A stretch of 64,000 nucleotides of DNA from Chlorokybus atmophyticus. Its lineage: Eukaryota; Plantae; Mesostigma and Chlorokybus algae. Positions 1 through 12,766 of this stretch are shown piece after piece. The translations under genes and the position numbers were made by a program. How positions within the stretch are numbered: position 1 is the first letter of the stretch; each line of letters begins with the position of its first letter. Location: contig RHPI01003642.1 of assembly GCA_009103225.1 (NCBI GenBank), positions 517,116 to 581,115 of the forward strand. The letters run 5' to 3'. Below the pieces are notes generated by a model that made no database searches, was not told where the DNA came from, and worked only from the letters and a program-made list of their open reading frames with translations.

Positions 1-1197
1 GCCTGGCAAGAAGCTTAGCTTGTAGCCCACCACCTTCCCTGCGTTAAGCTATCAACGTATCACCTCATCAACTACGGTATCATGGCATAGCTGATGCCGC
101 CGGCGCCGCCGCCACCGTCACCGTCGTCGCCGCCGCCGCCAAGGCCGACCCGACACCGCCTGGAGCAAGCACGTGTCACGTTTTGATTGCGCTTGTGTAG
201 ACGGCAGTTAGCGCCAATCGTAGCAGTTGCCGACTAACAGCACAAGTCCGAACGGCGACTTAGGTCAGCGTTTGTGTTAGCCCTAAAACCGAGTGTTAAG
301 GCGGCGCTAACACCCCAACCCTAACACCCCAGTGCGAACCGGGCCTAAGCTACAAGTGCACGTACCGGTAGGGTCGCATGGCAACCTATATCATATAGTG
401 TATTGCATGCGCCGCTTGGCGACTGTTGGCTGGCGGCAGTAATTGCCGATGGACAGTCGGAGATTGTCACTTTGATAGGCCCATAGGCTGCCCATGCAAC
501 TGTAGCATTCATAGGCTGTACCAGTTACATGGACGGTGGTAAACTACATACCAATAGCCGCGAACTCGGCGGTTGTCAATACGCCAGTACAATTGTTAGG
601 GGCTGTCATTGTGACAATGCTTAGCGATAGTAGCCAAATTGCGACTGTCAATGCAGCCAGTGTACCTTATCGGGCTGTCGATGATTCTGTGGTCGCATGA
701 GGCTTTTCTAGGCCATTACTGAGGTTATACAAGTAAGGCTATAAGTCATAACATCTGACATTGCTTTCGTTTCATATAAATCATTAAATTAAACATACTA
801 TAAACTACGCTTAATAATGCAACATACGAACAGCATCAACATATGTATTCATGGTATGATATTAACGGTTGTGAACATTATGATAATGTGATGACTAACA
901 AACTATATATTATGTAATAAACACGCGCTACGCATGGATGTAAATTCGATATTAGTATTTACACTAATTTTATTATAGATAATTATGATACTTTTTACAT
1001 TCATGTTGTTATACATTACTTCAGACGTATGCAATTTTGCATATGAAAGGTCTAAATGCACATGTGTATGCGCATTAATATACTTACAACGATGTATGTA
1101 CATGAAATTATAGATATGAAGTAATTGCACGACTGCAAAATGCGGCTGCAACACGTCGACAATTTTTGCTTGTAAATGCCTTAAGCCTAAACACATG

Positions 1198-1240
<43 letters not shown>

Positions 1241-1332
1241 ATGTATATATATGCATATATACATATATATATATATATGTGTATATATACACATATATTT
1301 ATATGTATACACATATCCATATATACATATAT
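1198..1332. repeat. (CA)n/(TA)n microsatellite and AT-rich low-complexity tract
   Basis: Directly visible acacac...atatat run with interspersed c/g. Confidence 0.95.
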
Positions 1333-1339
1333 AGACCAC

Positions 1340-1446
1340 AAGTGGACAGCCGCAACTGGTCGGCGGCTGTCAAGTGAAATTGTACATGGACAGCCGGCTG
1401 TCAATACATACATTGACAGCCGCCGACCATTTGCGACTGTCCACTT
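1340..1446. repeat. Inverted repeat (34-bp arms) with a central 14-bp palindrome; possible tiny MITE or hairpin end
   Basis: 1340-1373 aagtggacagccgcaactggtcggcggctgtcaa versus reverse complement of 1413-1446 (2 mismatches); gacagccggctgtc at 1389-1402 is self-complementary. Confidence 0.8.
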
Positions 1447-1598
1447 TATGGTAAGTGGCGACAGTCGGTGCGGCCTGTCATTTTTATGATACACACTATG
1501 TACACTGTACCTATGTACAATCATACTTGTACTAACAATACTTTAGTCATGGTACACGTGTAGCGCGCCTTGCAGGGGCCGCTAACCAGCAACATTGC

Positions 1599-1849
1599 TG
1601 GTCCATGCCGCCCCATACATGGTGCGGCACGGAAATGTACGGTTCGCGGCTGCCGGGCCGCTGAGCCGCGGGCCCGCTCCTGGTCCGCATCCTGGAACCA
1701 GCGTAGAGTAATGGTCCGTGCCGCACCATACAAGGTGCGGCACGGACCATGTGTGGTGCGCGACTGCGCGCCAGATATTGGGGCCCCAAAATAACCATGG
1801 ACGGTCCGTCCCTCGCGGACCAGACACTCGTGGTCCGCGGGGACGGACC
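1599..1849. repeat. Cluster of GC-rich hairpins
   Basis: Perfect 17-bp stem at 1711-1750 (atggtccgtgccgcacc-atacaa-ggtgcggcacggaccat), a degenerate copy at ~1599-1637, and a ~18-bp stem at 1803-1849. Confidence 0.75.
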
Positions 1850-2559
1850 ATGGGGTCCGTGGAAGGACCATGCATGGCCCTTGAACGTCAGCCGTGTGTA
1901 TCAGTTCGAGAGATGCCTCGTGGTCCATCCGTAAGTGCACCTCGTCGTGGAGGTCGGCACCAGTTGTCCACATTGTCCAGTGTTCAACCAGGCAACCGTC
2001 GCCAACCAATCGCAGCACCCCGCGCTAACACCCAGCACATCACAACAACTCCACCTGACACCGCAGTCGCAAGGGCAAGCTAGACTGCATGCGTTCCTGA
2101 TGCGCTGTGCACGTTGCTTCTTGCTCAACTTCTAACTTGGATGCTTGCTTCTTTCATGACTAGCACAGTGACTCACTGCATGCGTTCTGGATACACTGTG
2201 CACGTTGTTCTTCTTTTGCAACTGTGAGGGTTGCATCTTTCATGGCTGGCAGCATGACTCATGTGGTTGTGCTTGCAGAGGGTCGATTGGAACCCCCAAC
2301 CCAAACGCATTTGGCCGTGACGTGGCAACCTCGGCCGTCAGCAACCCTTCCCCAAGCAAGTGGAAGATTGGCAACGAGGTAAGCACTGTATAACACTGTG
2401 TGTATGTGTGTAACGGATTGTTCTTTTGTGGACAGCATTTGCGAGATGCCGTTGTTGAAATCATAAACGGCCAATGGGTAGAGAGCCACGTTTATCCCAA
2501 AGAGGACACTATTCGTAACGTCATGTCAAGTGCTGTAAATGCTTCATGACCGCACTGCA

Positions 2560-2900
2560 CCGTGACACTGACCAACCTGCCCGTGACAGGTAGTTGGCTT
2601 CGACCATGACGACGAGGCCGATGCGGCCAAGTTCTATGAGGTGTACTGGACTCCCAAGGAGTGCCCCTTCCACTGGAGTATCGCCTTGAAGAAAGCTACG
2701 CAGGTCCGGTCTGAGAACGTCACCAAGATCAAGCATGTCTTTGAGAAGGAGTACAAGTGTACACTGTTTAACAGCAACAAGCGCAAGTGAGTTGGGTCCC
2801 TCACCACCATGTCTGCTATGCAACACTGCCTTCTTACTCAGCCTCCATACACACGTACTCATCTCGCCTATTGCAACCGATTCAATCAGGCACATCGACG
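2560..2900 (-). mobile_element. Degenerate Ty1/copia RNase H-like remnant
   Basis: ORF 2521-3039(-) contains CVWRLSKKAVLH...LALVAVKQCTLVLLLKDMLDLG, resembling copia ISWxSKKQ...AL..AVKQA.WL..LL.ELG; it lies next to the copia LTR. Confidence 0.4.
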
Positions 2901-2942
2901 CCCTAATGGACCCCGCGACCCAAAACGCCCAGATGCGCAACG

Positions 2943-3975
2943 TGTTGACATACACACGTGCAAGTGACACGCCAACAACATCAAACACAAGCATGACTGC
3001 TACTGCCGCCATAGCAGCCGCACACATGCTACATCGCAACCTACTTGTGCCTCCTTGTTACTCACGACCTTGTGGTATCTTGCAACTCCATCCTCAACCA
3101 CCCTTGTCAATGTAGCAACCTTGCGCACACCATGGCCATCTTTATGTCCACGTCCACATGCTTCTGTGTATAGCCTCCAAGCTTCACACCTCCAGGATGC
3201 TCCATGTCCAGCTTCCAAGTGATCACGCTTCCAGGATGCTCATCACGCTTCCTCGCATGCACCTTCAGCCAAGCACTCCACATGCTTCAACCAAAGTACC
3301 AAGCACTTAACCGTGCTTCACCATGGACTGCCCTCGCTCCCTTTCTCGGAAGGTCCATCAAACACTCCACCGTGCTCGACCTCAAGGGTTGCCATCTGCT
3401 CCCCTTCCTTCCACCAAGCACATTAACGTGCTTACCACGGGTTGCCTCTCGCATTCCTTTAACGCGCTTCACCACGCTCCACCAAGTATTCCTCGCACTT
3501 TGCAACACGAGCTGACATCTTCAGCTCCCACGAATCAAGGACGCCTCCTCTTCCAAGTACTTGACGTACTCTTCTTCAGTCACCAGAAGATCTCCATCAT
3601 CTCCTCCTCTTGGTCCATGTACTTCCGCATCTCCTTGTGGGCCAGTAGTAGCTCCATCTTCACACTCCAAGTGCTGTAGTCGTCAACGTCCAGTAGTCCA
3701 ATCGCGATCTTCAAGCCGTCCATGCTGGTGGCCTTGGTTGGTTGCCCTCTCTGCTCACAGACCTCACAACCCCACACTACCACAAAGCAACTACAGCTAC
3801 ACATACAATTGTAACACACTCCATCAACCTATACAAGCATGTGTGGGCCCATAACCTGTTGACATACACACGTGCAAGTGACACGCCAACAACATCAACA
3901 CAAGAGCATGACTGCTACTGCCGCCATAGCATCCGCACACATGCTACATCGTGACCTCTTATCTTCATTGCAACA
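2943..3975 (-). mobile_element. Miniature (internally deleted) Ty1/copia LTR retrotransposon
   Basis: 5' LTR 3857-3975 (119 bp, TGTTG...CAACA); PBS GGTTATGGGCCCA at 3844-3856(-); gag N-terminus MDGLKIAIGLLDVDDYSTWSVKMELLLAHKEMRKYM (DUF4219-like) from 3723; degenerate PPT ttgaggatggag; 3' LTR ~2943-3086. No TSD found. Confidence 0.8.
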
Positions 3976-4189
3976 AGTCTGGGCTTTATACCCCGCCAGT
4001 CTCTACACACGTCTACATTGGCAAGCACCGCGTGCGTTATACTCAGCCGATTGCTGTTTTGTAAGCTACGCTGTCTAGCTCACAACCAGAGCTTTCCAAC
4101 AAGCTAAGCCACGTATGCTAAGCTTACATATCCACGAAGCTACGCGATTTCTCCCAAGGCTCTACCAATCAGCCTAGTCCGGAGTCCGT

Positions 4190-4949
4190 CATGACTCGAC
4201 CGTCTTGCTAAGTCTGGAGCCCACGCGCTTCTTCCTGGTACCTTCGACCCTCGACTCCTGTATGAAGGGCAAGCTGACCGGATACAAGCATCACGCATGT
4301 AATACCTTCAATCTTGGAGGTGTGAAGCTTGGAGGCTATACGCAGAAGCATGTGGACGTGGCCATGGTGTGCGCAAGGTTGCTACATTGACAAGGGTGGT
4401 TGAGGATGGAGTTGCAAGATACCACAAGGTCGTTAGTAACAAGGAGGCACAAGTAGGTTGCGATTGCAGAGCCCGTGGGAGCTGCAAGTGGTGGAAAGCA
4501 AGTTGACTAGAGGAGTCATGGGCTGATACCAGCGGCGGAGGCACTGTCAACGAGGACAGATGCACCGGGTGCATGAAGGTAACATGTATGTACAGCAAGG
4601 AGCAAGGTTGGTGGTCAACCATGAGGCTCGAGTTGCTGTGGAAGTGAACGACTTCAAGGTCATCCATGAGAAGCATAGAGGCGTGAGAATAAAGGTGAAG
4701 GCTTGCGTGAGAGCAAGCGGTGTGCGTGAGTAATGGAGGAGCTGATGTTGAAGGACAAGCTGCCCGCGTGGGAGTGTTGAAGGTATTACATGGGTGATGC
4801 TTGTATCCGGTCAGCTTGCCCTTCATACAGGAGTCGAGGGTCGAAGGTACCAAGAAGAAGCGCGTGGGCTCCAGACTTAGCAAGACGGTCGAGTCATGTA
4901 TGAAGGGCAAGCTGACCGGATACAAGCATCACCCATGTAATACCTTCAA
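4190..4949. repeat. Fold-back of copia-derived sequence
   Basis: Arms 4190-4311 and 4777-4898 are near-identical inverted copies; partial third copy at 4895-4949; 4312-4464 is the inverse of 3033-3197; DSCMKGKLT resembles the copia pre-integrase CxxCxxGK motif. Confidence 0.85.
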
Positions 4950-5041
4950 CACAACGCGCTCCAAAGTAAGTCACAGGCACTATTCTAGCCTGGTGCAGGC
5001 TCAATTTGAACTATCTTTTTGGTGACTAATGCCTTGTCGGT

Positions 5042-5739
5042 ATGACTGTCGCAGATAAGTCATGGCGGAGATTTGAGGTGACCGACACTGCAGACCCGGA
5101 GCGGAGGAGATACATCAATGAATGGGGCAATCCAATAATCTGGCACATGATCGTGCAATGCTGGTCTTACGCCGTCACTACACCTGGTCGCCGGCAGCTA
5201 ACAGTCAACCACCTCGCATACCTGTTGCTTACGGTGAGCACTTTGATCTCCATCATTAGCAATTCAGGAATGCTGTAGCCCCAAACTACAGGCTTGCAGA
5301 CGCGTTGCAGTGAATAGTGGCTTTCGATGCCACTAAATCATGCCTGTAAACTACGCAGGTGGAGCGCATCCTAAAGGGCAAGGATGGAGACCCTCTCCTA
5401 ACTGCCAGCATAGACACACATGAAGAGTGCCTCAGCGAAATCAACACCATGATCATGTCAATGAAGCGGGAGATGAGGCAACGGTATGCAGCCCTCCAGC
5501 CATTCACCCTTATGAAACGCCGCACTGCATCTTGTGTCGATTACCTCAAAGATCCCAATCGGCGCCGGCCGCAAGAGACAGCAGCTCGTGACCCGCTCGC
5601 TAAGGCAGAAGCGGCATTTAATTGGCTGGCACAACCGTTTGAGGAGGAAGAGCAAGCTCCGGTGTGTCCTCCACAGGCCCCAGCGCGTGGTGCTTTGTTC
5701 CGTAATGACGAGACTAGCGATGATGGAGAGGAGCTGTAG
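5042..5739 (+). CDS. Possible two-exon orphan ORF or gene remnant, function unknown
   Basis: ORFs 5042-5278 and 5359-5739 could be joined by a gtgagc...ctacgcag intron (~5235-5358); protein-like composition; no family recognised. Confidence 0.25.
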
Positions 5740-6124
5740 CGCAGTTTGTAGTCCGTTTAGCTAGTAGTGTACATAGCTACAAGGCTCTTGTGACTTATTG
5801 TTGTGCATCTTAAAGCAGCTCAGTCAATCGTCATTATGCTCATGCATGTCAATACTTGCATCCCTATAATATACAACAGAATTGCATTCGAGTTACATAA
5901 TTGAACTACAAGCCTTGGCAAGTGACTGAGAGACACTGTACACATTTCAGGTACCTGTACACCGCACAGGCACATAACAATGCTGGCAGTCAGTGACAGT
6001 CGCGTGTAGTCAAGCTATGCAAATACATATGACGACAATTAGGCATTAGTCACCTTCAGTTGTTAAAGAATGCCTCAACTTGTCGATAATTACCGTTGTA
6101 GTTGGTGCTTGTGAATTAGGCTTA

Positions 6125-6389
6125 GTCGCCTGCGCTAGACTGGTGTGTAACCTGCAGGTGCCTGTCACATAAGCTGAGTCACTTAAATAAGACTGATGTG
6201 TAATTTGCAAGTGCCTGCTAATTAGGTGTAGTCACCTGTTAAGGCCTGATGTGGAACTTGCAGGTGCCTGTAAATTATATAAAGTCACCTGTTAAGGCCT
6301 GATGTGTAACTAACAGGTGCTTGTAAATTATATCAAGTCATCTGTTAGGGCCTGATAGGTAACTAACAGGCGCCTGTTGATTAGGCATC
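6125..6389. repeat. 53-bp minisatellite, 5 degenerate copies
   Basis: Units start at 6125, 6178, 6231, 6284, 6337 (gtcacctgttaaggcctgatgtg.aact..caggtgcctgtaaattatat.aa). Confidence 0.9.
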
Positions 6390-8902
6390 AAATGTTAAAG
6401 ACTAAATTGTAACAAAAAGGGCCTGATAGTAACGAAAGTTACTATTAGGTCCCTGTATCAAGATTACAGGTGGACTGAGCCACGACAGTCTAGATTAGTG
6501 TCCTCAGGTGCACGGCCGTTGCTAATATGTAGTCGGCCGGCAGGGAAAACATATTGCGACGAGCATACACACCTGTGTGGGCTGGAGGGGGGGCTGCGTC
6601 GCTGCATGGCTGAGCCACTGCCTGGCTGAGCCGCTAGGGGAGCAAGCCGCCTGCAAGTGTGCGGCGGTAAGAGGTGAAGAGGGGGCAGGCAGGCAGCTCG
6701 GAGGAGGGGGGGTGGACCACCATAATAACAAAAACACACACATCAACACTAACAACAACAATTGCTAACAACCACCACAACCACCACATTCAAAGAGTGA
6801 GACAAACNNNNNNNNNNNNNNNNNNNNNNNNNNNNNNNNNNNNNNNNNNNNNNNNNNNNNNNNNNNNNNNNNNNNNNNNNNNNNNNNNNNNNNNNNNNNN
6901 NNNNNNNNNNNNNNNNNNNNNNNNNNNNNNNNNNNNNNNNNNNGGGGGGGGAAGGCGGGGGAGAGAGAGAAAGGCAAGCAGGCAGCACAGCACAGCACAA
7001 CCAATTCGCCGGGGCTGCCTGGAGGGTGGGAGGGCTGTGAGCTGTTACCGCTTCCTCCCTGCCGTTGAGAGGGGCACCGCCGCCGTCGCTGCGCAGCAGT
7101 ACCTGTCGCTGTCACTGCTGCGCAGCGCCTTTTATTATATACGGCGCTGGCGGCTGTCATAACTTTTCAAACAGCCACCATCGTGCCGGTGCAACGGCAC
7201 AATGCGCGGGTCGCGCGGGGTCACCGCGGCGCGCGCAGCAGGCTCGCGGTGACCGAGCGGCGGGGCGTATTGCCAACATTATAATGCAATAAATTGTTAC
7301 ATACGGAAATTGCGTCGCGCATGTGCAAAACGGCCGCGGGGGGGCGGGCATTGTTTTGGCCATGTACACACACACACAATTCTTATCATAATGTAGTAGG
7401 ATATTCAGATTGAGTAAGCAAACATCAAATATGATAATTGAACGTTTTAGCTTACAACACTTGTGAATAATTATTGCAAAAGACTTATAATTACATTACA
7501 GTCGTTATATGTGTGTAAATCGGGCAAAAACTTTGCACACCTTGCAAACAAAAATGCATGAATGCTTTGGCATATGCTGCTTGCCATAAATGTGTCATGA
7601 AAAGCGACCTGCCCGCGCCTTGCTGCCAGAGATGACTGCCATCACGAGCAATGTTGATGTGACATTCACCGTTACCAATTGTTGTCATAAGGCGACGGCC
7701 ATTACCGTATTTACCCCGTCAGAGTCCCCCCCTTTTTATACAGTCCCCCCCTCAATTTTGCCGGGGGGGAGTCTACTCGGGGGAGGACTCTATTACCACC
7801 GGGGACTTTATTATGTAGCAGACGTCACCGACTTCGTCACATGTCATTGACGAGTCACGCTTAGATAGCGTAACTCGTCACGCTTTTAACAATTAGTCGA
7901 CGCTTTGCGGTCGACTAATCGTACTAGTCGGCCGTTAGGCCTAGACCTGGTCGACGGACAAGGTCTAAACCGACTGGTGACAAGGTGTCGGCTGCCGAGC
8001 AGGCGGGTGACGCCCGCCGGAGTCGGTTTGAGTCTGCTAAGGGACCATCAAGGAGTCGGTTTAGGGTTCACAATTGTATAGCAGGTGCCGGTTTACGATT
8101 TATAAAACGCGGTTGAGGCACTGGCGGCGCAGCTGAGTGACGTAGCGCTTTAACGTGACTCACCACCAAATCGGTTGTAAAGCATTAGGTTGTAACAATT
8201 AATTACTTGAGTACATCACAGCCAATCACTTCGAATTGGCATGCTCTCAAAGCTGTAGGCTAAAAATACTATCATAATAAAAACAACCTTAACCAATACT
8301 AGCAGTATTGCTTTATTATTGTTGATGATAATATTTTTATTATTTTTATTATTCTTGTCGACATGTATATATGAATATAAATCTATAGTAATAATAATGC
8401 AATTAAATTGTATAATAAAGTCATGTGCAGGGATGTAAAAATATATTAATACATTTTACATTTACGATACATGTATACATTTATCATGAGGATGATATTT
8501 TTGGGTATATTACCATAATGTACATGGTGTGTTGTATTTCAGGCTTATGTTAACATGCAATAGTATCATAAAAATATATTATATTATATACTAAATGATT
8601 AATCTTGCATAAACATATGCACGTGTATTATATGATTGAAGCTCATCATAAGTGGCATACCAGCATTTAATATTTATTGCAAGAGTTTTATACGATTATT
8701 GCATGTTACCATATGCTACTCATATGTGGATTGTGAATACATGTATCATATGATATAAGTGTCACTATTGTATGAGAGTGTAGGCATGCAATATGCAACT
8801 TGAATGCTTACACAGCATGTGTATAATTATGTGTATGATACCGTATGTGCACGTGATGTGCACAATCATGTACTGTGTGTCTTTTACCTTCTCTCTGGCC
8901 TA

Positions 8903-8992
<90 letters not shown>

Positions 8993-9379
8993 NGTCGACA
9001 GTACGGTATTGTCTATTGCCTATCTTACCACCAGTCTTCACATGTGCAATAGTCAGACAGGTTCACCCCTTGCATGCTACATTCCTGTTACATAATCCTT
9101 ACGTGTATAGTATGTGACTGTGGGCGTGATTGCACATTGGCTGTATGACTGTACACATTCATGAGAGTGCATCAGTGCCTGACCACATGTACATTGCATT
9201 GCTTGTCAAAGTGTGTCACACATGTGTAAACTCTATGCAGCGACACGCAATGCGCAATGCCCGGAACTGCTAGTGACTGTTGCTGACTCTGCAGCTATTG
9301 CTATTTTCTTGCAAAATAGAAGCGCAATACTGTAGTCGTGTGGTTTACACTACAATAGCAACTACTCTGTGAGTTGCAA

Positions 9380-12300
9380 CTACTCTATGGGACGAGAAGC
9401 ACGAGCCAGCTCCTCGAAATGCTTAAAAAGTGCGTCCATCGATTGCTTGCGGTTGTCGCAACCCCGCCGCAATTCTTCAATCTCCTGAATCACAGCATCT
9501 GACGCCTCTTCAAAAGAATCGTTTGTGGCCTGTTGCCAAGCCTCCACTTGTGCAAGCATAGCGCCCCATAAGTGCTTTCGCCGGTTGTACATCTTGCGCG
9601 TGCGCTCTACGCCCTTGCGCCAATCCGGGCGATGTTCCTCCAACCAAAGTACCGAGGGCGTCCCAGGTGCTGGCTCACCGACAGCGTACTCGTGCCAAGC
9701 TTGCCGAACGGTCTGAATGGCACTCATGGGTCGAAGGTCATAGCGCGCTGGTTCAGGTATCTGCTCCTGTGATTCTGTAGCTGCGCCTCTGCCGGTGGCG
9801 GTGGCGGTGGCAGTGGCAGTGGCACCAGGTGCATGTGCAGTGCGAGCCTGAGCTTGCACAGGTGGTGGTGGAGGTGTCGGCTCCGAGGGAGTTGCGCGTG
9901 AGAACAGATCGCCAATGGGCCGAGACAGCACATTCATAATCTGACGAATGTCGGTAGTAATGGCCGCAATCTGCGTGGCAACCTCACTACGCATGCTACA
10001 CATGGTCTCCTCGAGACGGCTTGTTGCCACGCGCTGCCACGATGACGACTCGCGGATATCTCGAAGCAGACCGCGCAACTGTCATTTAAGCACAAACATC
10101 ACTCACGACCAACCAGTGGCATCATTGCCACCCAAGTATTTCATTTAGCTTGTCTACGCACCTGAGGGGGAATATATGTCATGCGTGGTTGCTCTGTGGT
10201 GTTGTTGCAAAAAGCTTGCAGCGTCGCTTTGTAAGCGAGAAAATCCGAGCGAGCAAAGATGGGATGACGGCAGATGTCGTGGTCTGGGCAAAAGTTGTGC
10301 CAGTATACCGCCACATCTTGCACAAGAACTACGCGCAGCCACACCAGCAACCCCAAAAAATTTTCTGCGGCAGTGTCGGTTACCGTGCTTGTTGATGGTA
10401 ACGACCTATTGATCTGCAATATATAGCGCAACAGTCAGTACAGACATGCTTTGCACCGGGGATACGCTGTTAATGTTGATGACAGCTAGAAGAACATGGC
10501 CACAATTGACGCTCACCTGCTTGATGCGCTCAAGCTCGCGATCCACCCATGGCCAAATAAGGCGCAACAAAGCCTCTGGTGGAGCCTGCGCAGCATAAAA
10601 TACAAACATATTCATTGGAGCACTATCTTGTGGTAATGCCCCCCTCACTCTGCTCATGTTTGTCATGCCATGTCATACCTTTGCTGCTCTGGGAATGAAG
10701 TAGGCCTCAAGGTCATGCTTGTCAAAACCAGCGCTTGCCAGCAGCATCTCTGTTGGCATGTTCCTCACATATGACTGCATCATCTCTCCAGCCGCCCAAC
10801 CACCAAGGCGTGCAATAGCCATGGTGTTGACCCCTTTCGCATCTGCTGCTTGCGAACCGCTCACACGACCAGCGTGGCACTTCTTCCGCACATAAAGGCC
10901 TGCTGCTTTCTGTGCTTTCTCAATATGTCCATACTGAGTGCTGTAGGAAATGGGGCTGACCAAACGCTTGCTGACTGGTCCACGCAATGCATGCGACAAG
11001 AAGCGATGATACCATTGTTGTCGTGTATCAAAGCATGGCGGATCATCATCTCGGAGATGAAAGTAATCAAACAATGTCAAGGCAGTTCCCCCGACCGCGC
11101 AAACTTGCACATTCTTGTGCCTCAAGGCGCCTATATTTGTTTCATGCCCGTTGTGGTTGGTCTTGCCGCCATCGCTTTGTATCATCATGCATGGCGCTCC
11201 GCCAGTGCTAGCGGGCCCAATCTCTTCTATACAGTCCAACCAGCAATCCGCAAAGCCTGCAATGCACACATTTTATAAGAACATGTAAAACAACCATCAA
11301 TCTGGCGCATCTATCCACACATGCATGGGCTTACCTGCTCTGCGCTGGAGCTCGCTACGTGTGATAGCAACTCTTTGCCATAGATAGTCGCTTCTGACTT
11401 GGGTGTCCGTATGCGTATTTGCCTGCATGAAGTTGACGGCAATCTTCTCGTGATCACTCTCTTTGATGCGGTCTGCCATGGTGCCAGCCTGTCTGTCTTC
11501 ATAATTGTCTCGCTTCCTGCAAAGCATGTTAGACATAAATGCGTTGGTTCATCACATCATGTACCATATACTCTTACCTTGCGCGCTTTTGTCTTTGAGC
11601 CCACGATAAAAGACCCTTCACCTCTGGGATTTTTCGCAAGCTAGGCACCTGCGTGCAGACTCTGTTCGCACCAGCACACATGCATATATGTCACACATGC
11701 ACCAAATGTCACTCGCACTTACAGGACCGTGCACTCCTTCCAAGGCGTGTTGCTGTTCAAAGGCAAGTTGCACTGCCTTCGCAGCGTTATTGAGTTGATG
11801 GTAACTCAAGTTGTTCCGATTATGCATACAAAACTTTTTGAACTTGTCCTCTGTGATGCGGTATGTATCAGCGGTTGCTCTAAGCTCCCCTCCCGCCCAT
11901 GCCCTACAATACGCATAGAACCGCTCAAGGCCACTACTGTATTGCTTCTGCGTCGCCTCACACCTAAGGTCTTTCAGAATCTGTACACAGACATATATCA
12001 ACACGCTTGCACGCACGCAATCACAGCCCCGTCCCCCTCCCCTTCGCTCCCTCTCACATGTCCGCATGCATTCAGTCTCCCCCTCCCTCTCTCCCTCTCT
12101 CCCTCTCTCCCTCCCTCTCTCTCACATGCCCGCATGCAGTCCCCCTCTCCCTCCCCCTCCCCCTCCCCCTCCCCTTCGCTTTGTCCCACATGCCAGCATG
12201 CAGTCCCCCTCCCCTTCGCTCTCTCTCACATGTCCGCGTGCATTCAGTCTCCCCCTCCCCTCCCCTCCCTCTCTCTCCCTCTCTCTCACATGCCCGCATG

Positions 12301-12721
12301 CAGTCCCCCTCTCCCTCCCCCTCCCCCTCCCCCTCCCCTTCGCTTTGTCACACATGCCAGCATGCAGTCCCCCTCCCCTTCGCTCTCTCTCACATGTCCG
12401 CGTGCATTCAGTCTCCCCCTCCCCTCCCCTCCCTCTCCCTCCCTCTCTCTCACATGCCCGCATGCAGTCCCCCTCTCCCTCCCCCTCCCCCTCCNNNNNN
12501 NNNNNNNNNNNNNNNNNNNNNNNNNNNNNNNNNNNNNNNNNNNNNNNNNNNNNNNNNNNNNNNNNNNNNNNNNNNNNNNNNNNNNNNNNNNNNNNNNNNN
12601 NNNNNNNNNNNNNNNNNNNNNNNNNNNNNNNNNNNNNNNNNNNNNNNNNNNNNNNNNNNNNNNNNNNNNNNNNNNNNNNNNNNNNNNNNNNNNNNNNNNN
12701 NNNNNNNNNNNNNNNNNNNNN

Positions 12722-12766
<45 letters not shown>

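Noticed and set aside
281-326. Interstitial telomere repeats (ccctaaa/ccctaa; also tttaggg at ~8060)
   Set aside because: Isolated single units, expected by chance.
903-1524. ORFs of alternating Y/I/H/T residues and similar ORFs in (CA)n/(GT)n introns
   Set aside because: Translations of microsatellites.
6125-6389. CRISPR-like array (also the 78-bp repeat at 45174-45332)
   Set aside because: Tandem units without unique spacers, no cas genes, and a eukaryotic context.
7800-8220. pogo/Tc2 DDE transposase remnant inside the large TIR element (also checked ~14040-14280)
   Set aside because: The frames translated by hand are stop-ridden, with no convincing DDE or HTH motifs.
8841-9006. Additional TA|CCGTA...TACGG|TA element
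   Set aside because: Only 5 bp match and an N junction lies between the ends; too weak to call.
8793-9117. Poly-Pro/poly-Gly ORFs here and at 17050-17397 and 50557-51087
   Set aside because: They are translations of homopolymer C tracts next to N junctions; tract lengths are unreliable.
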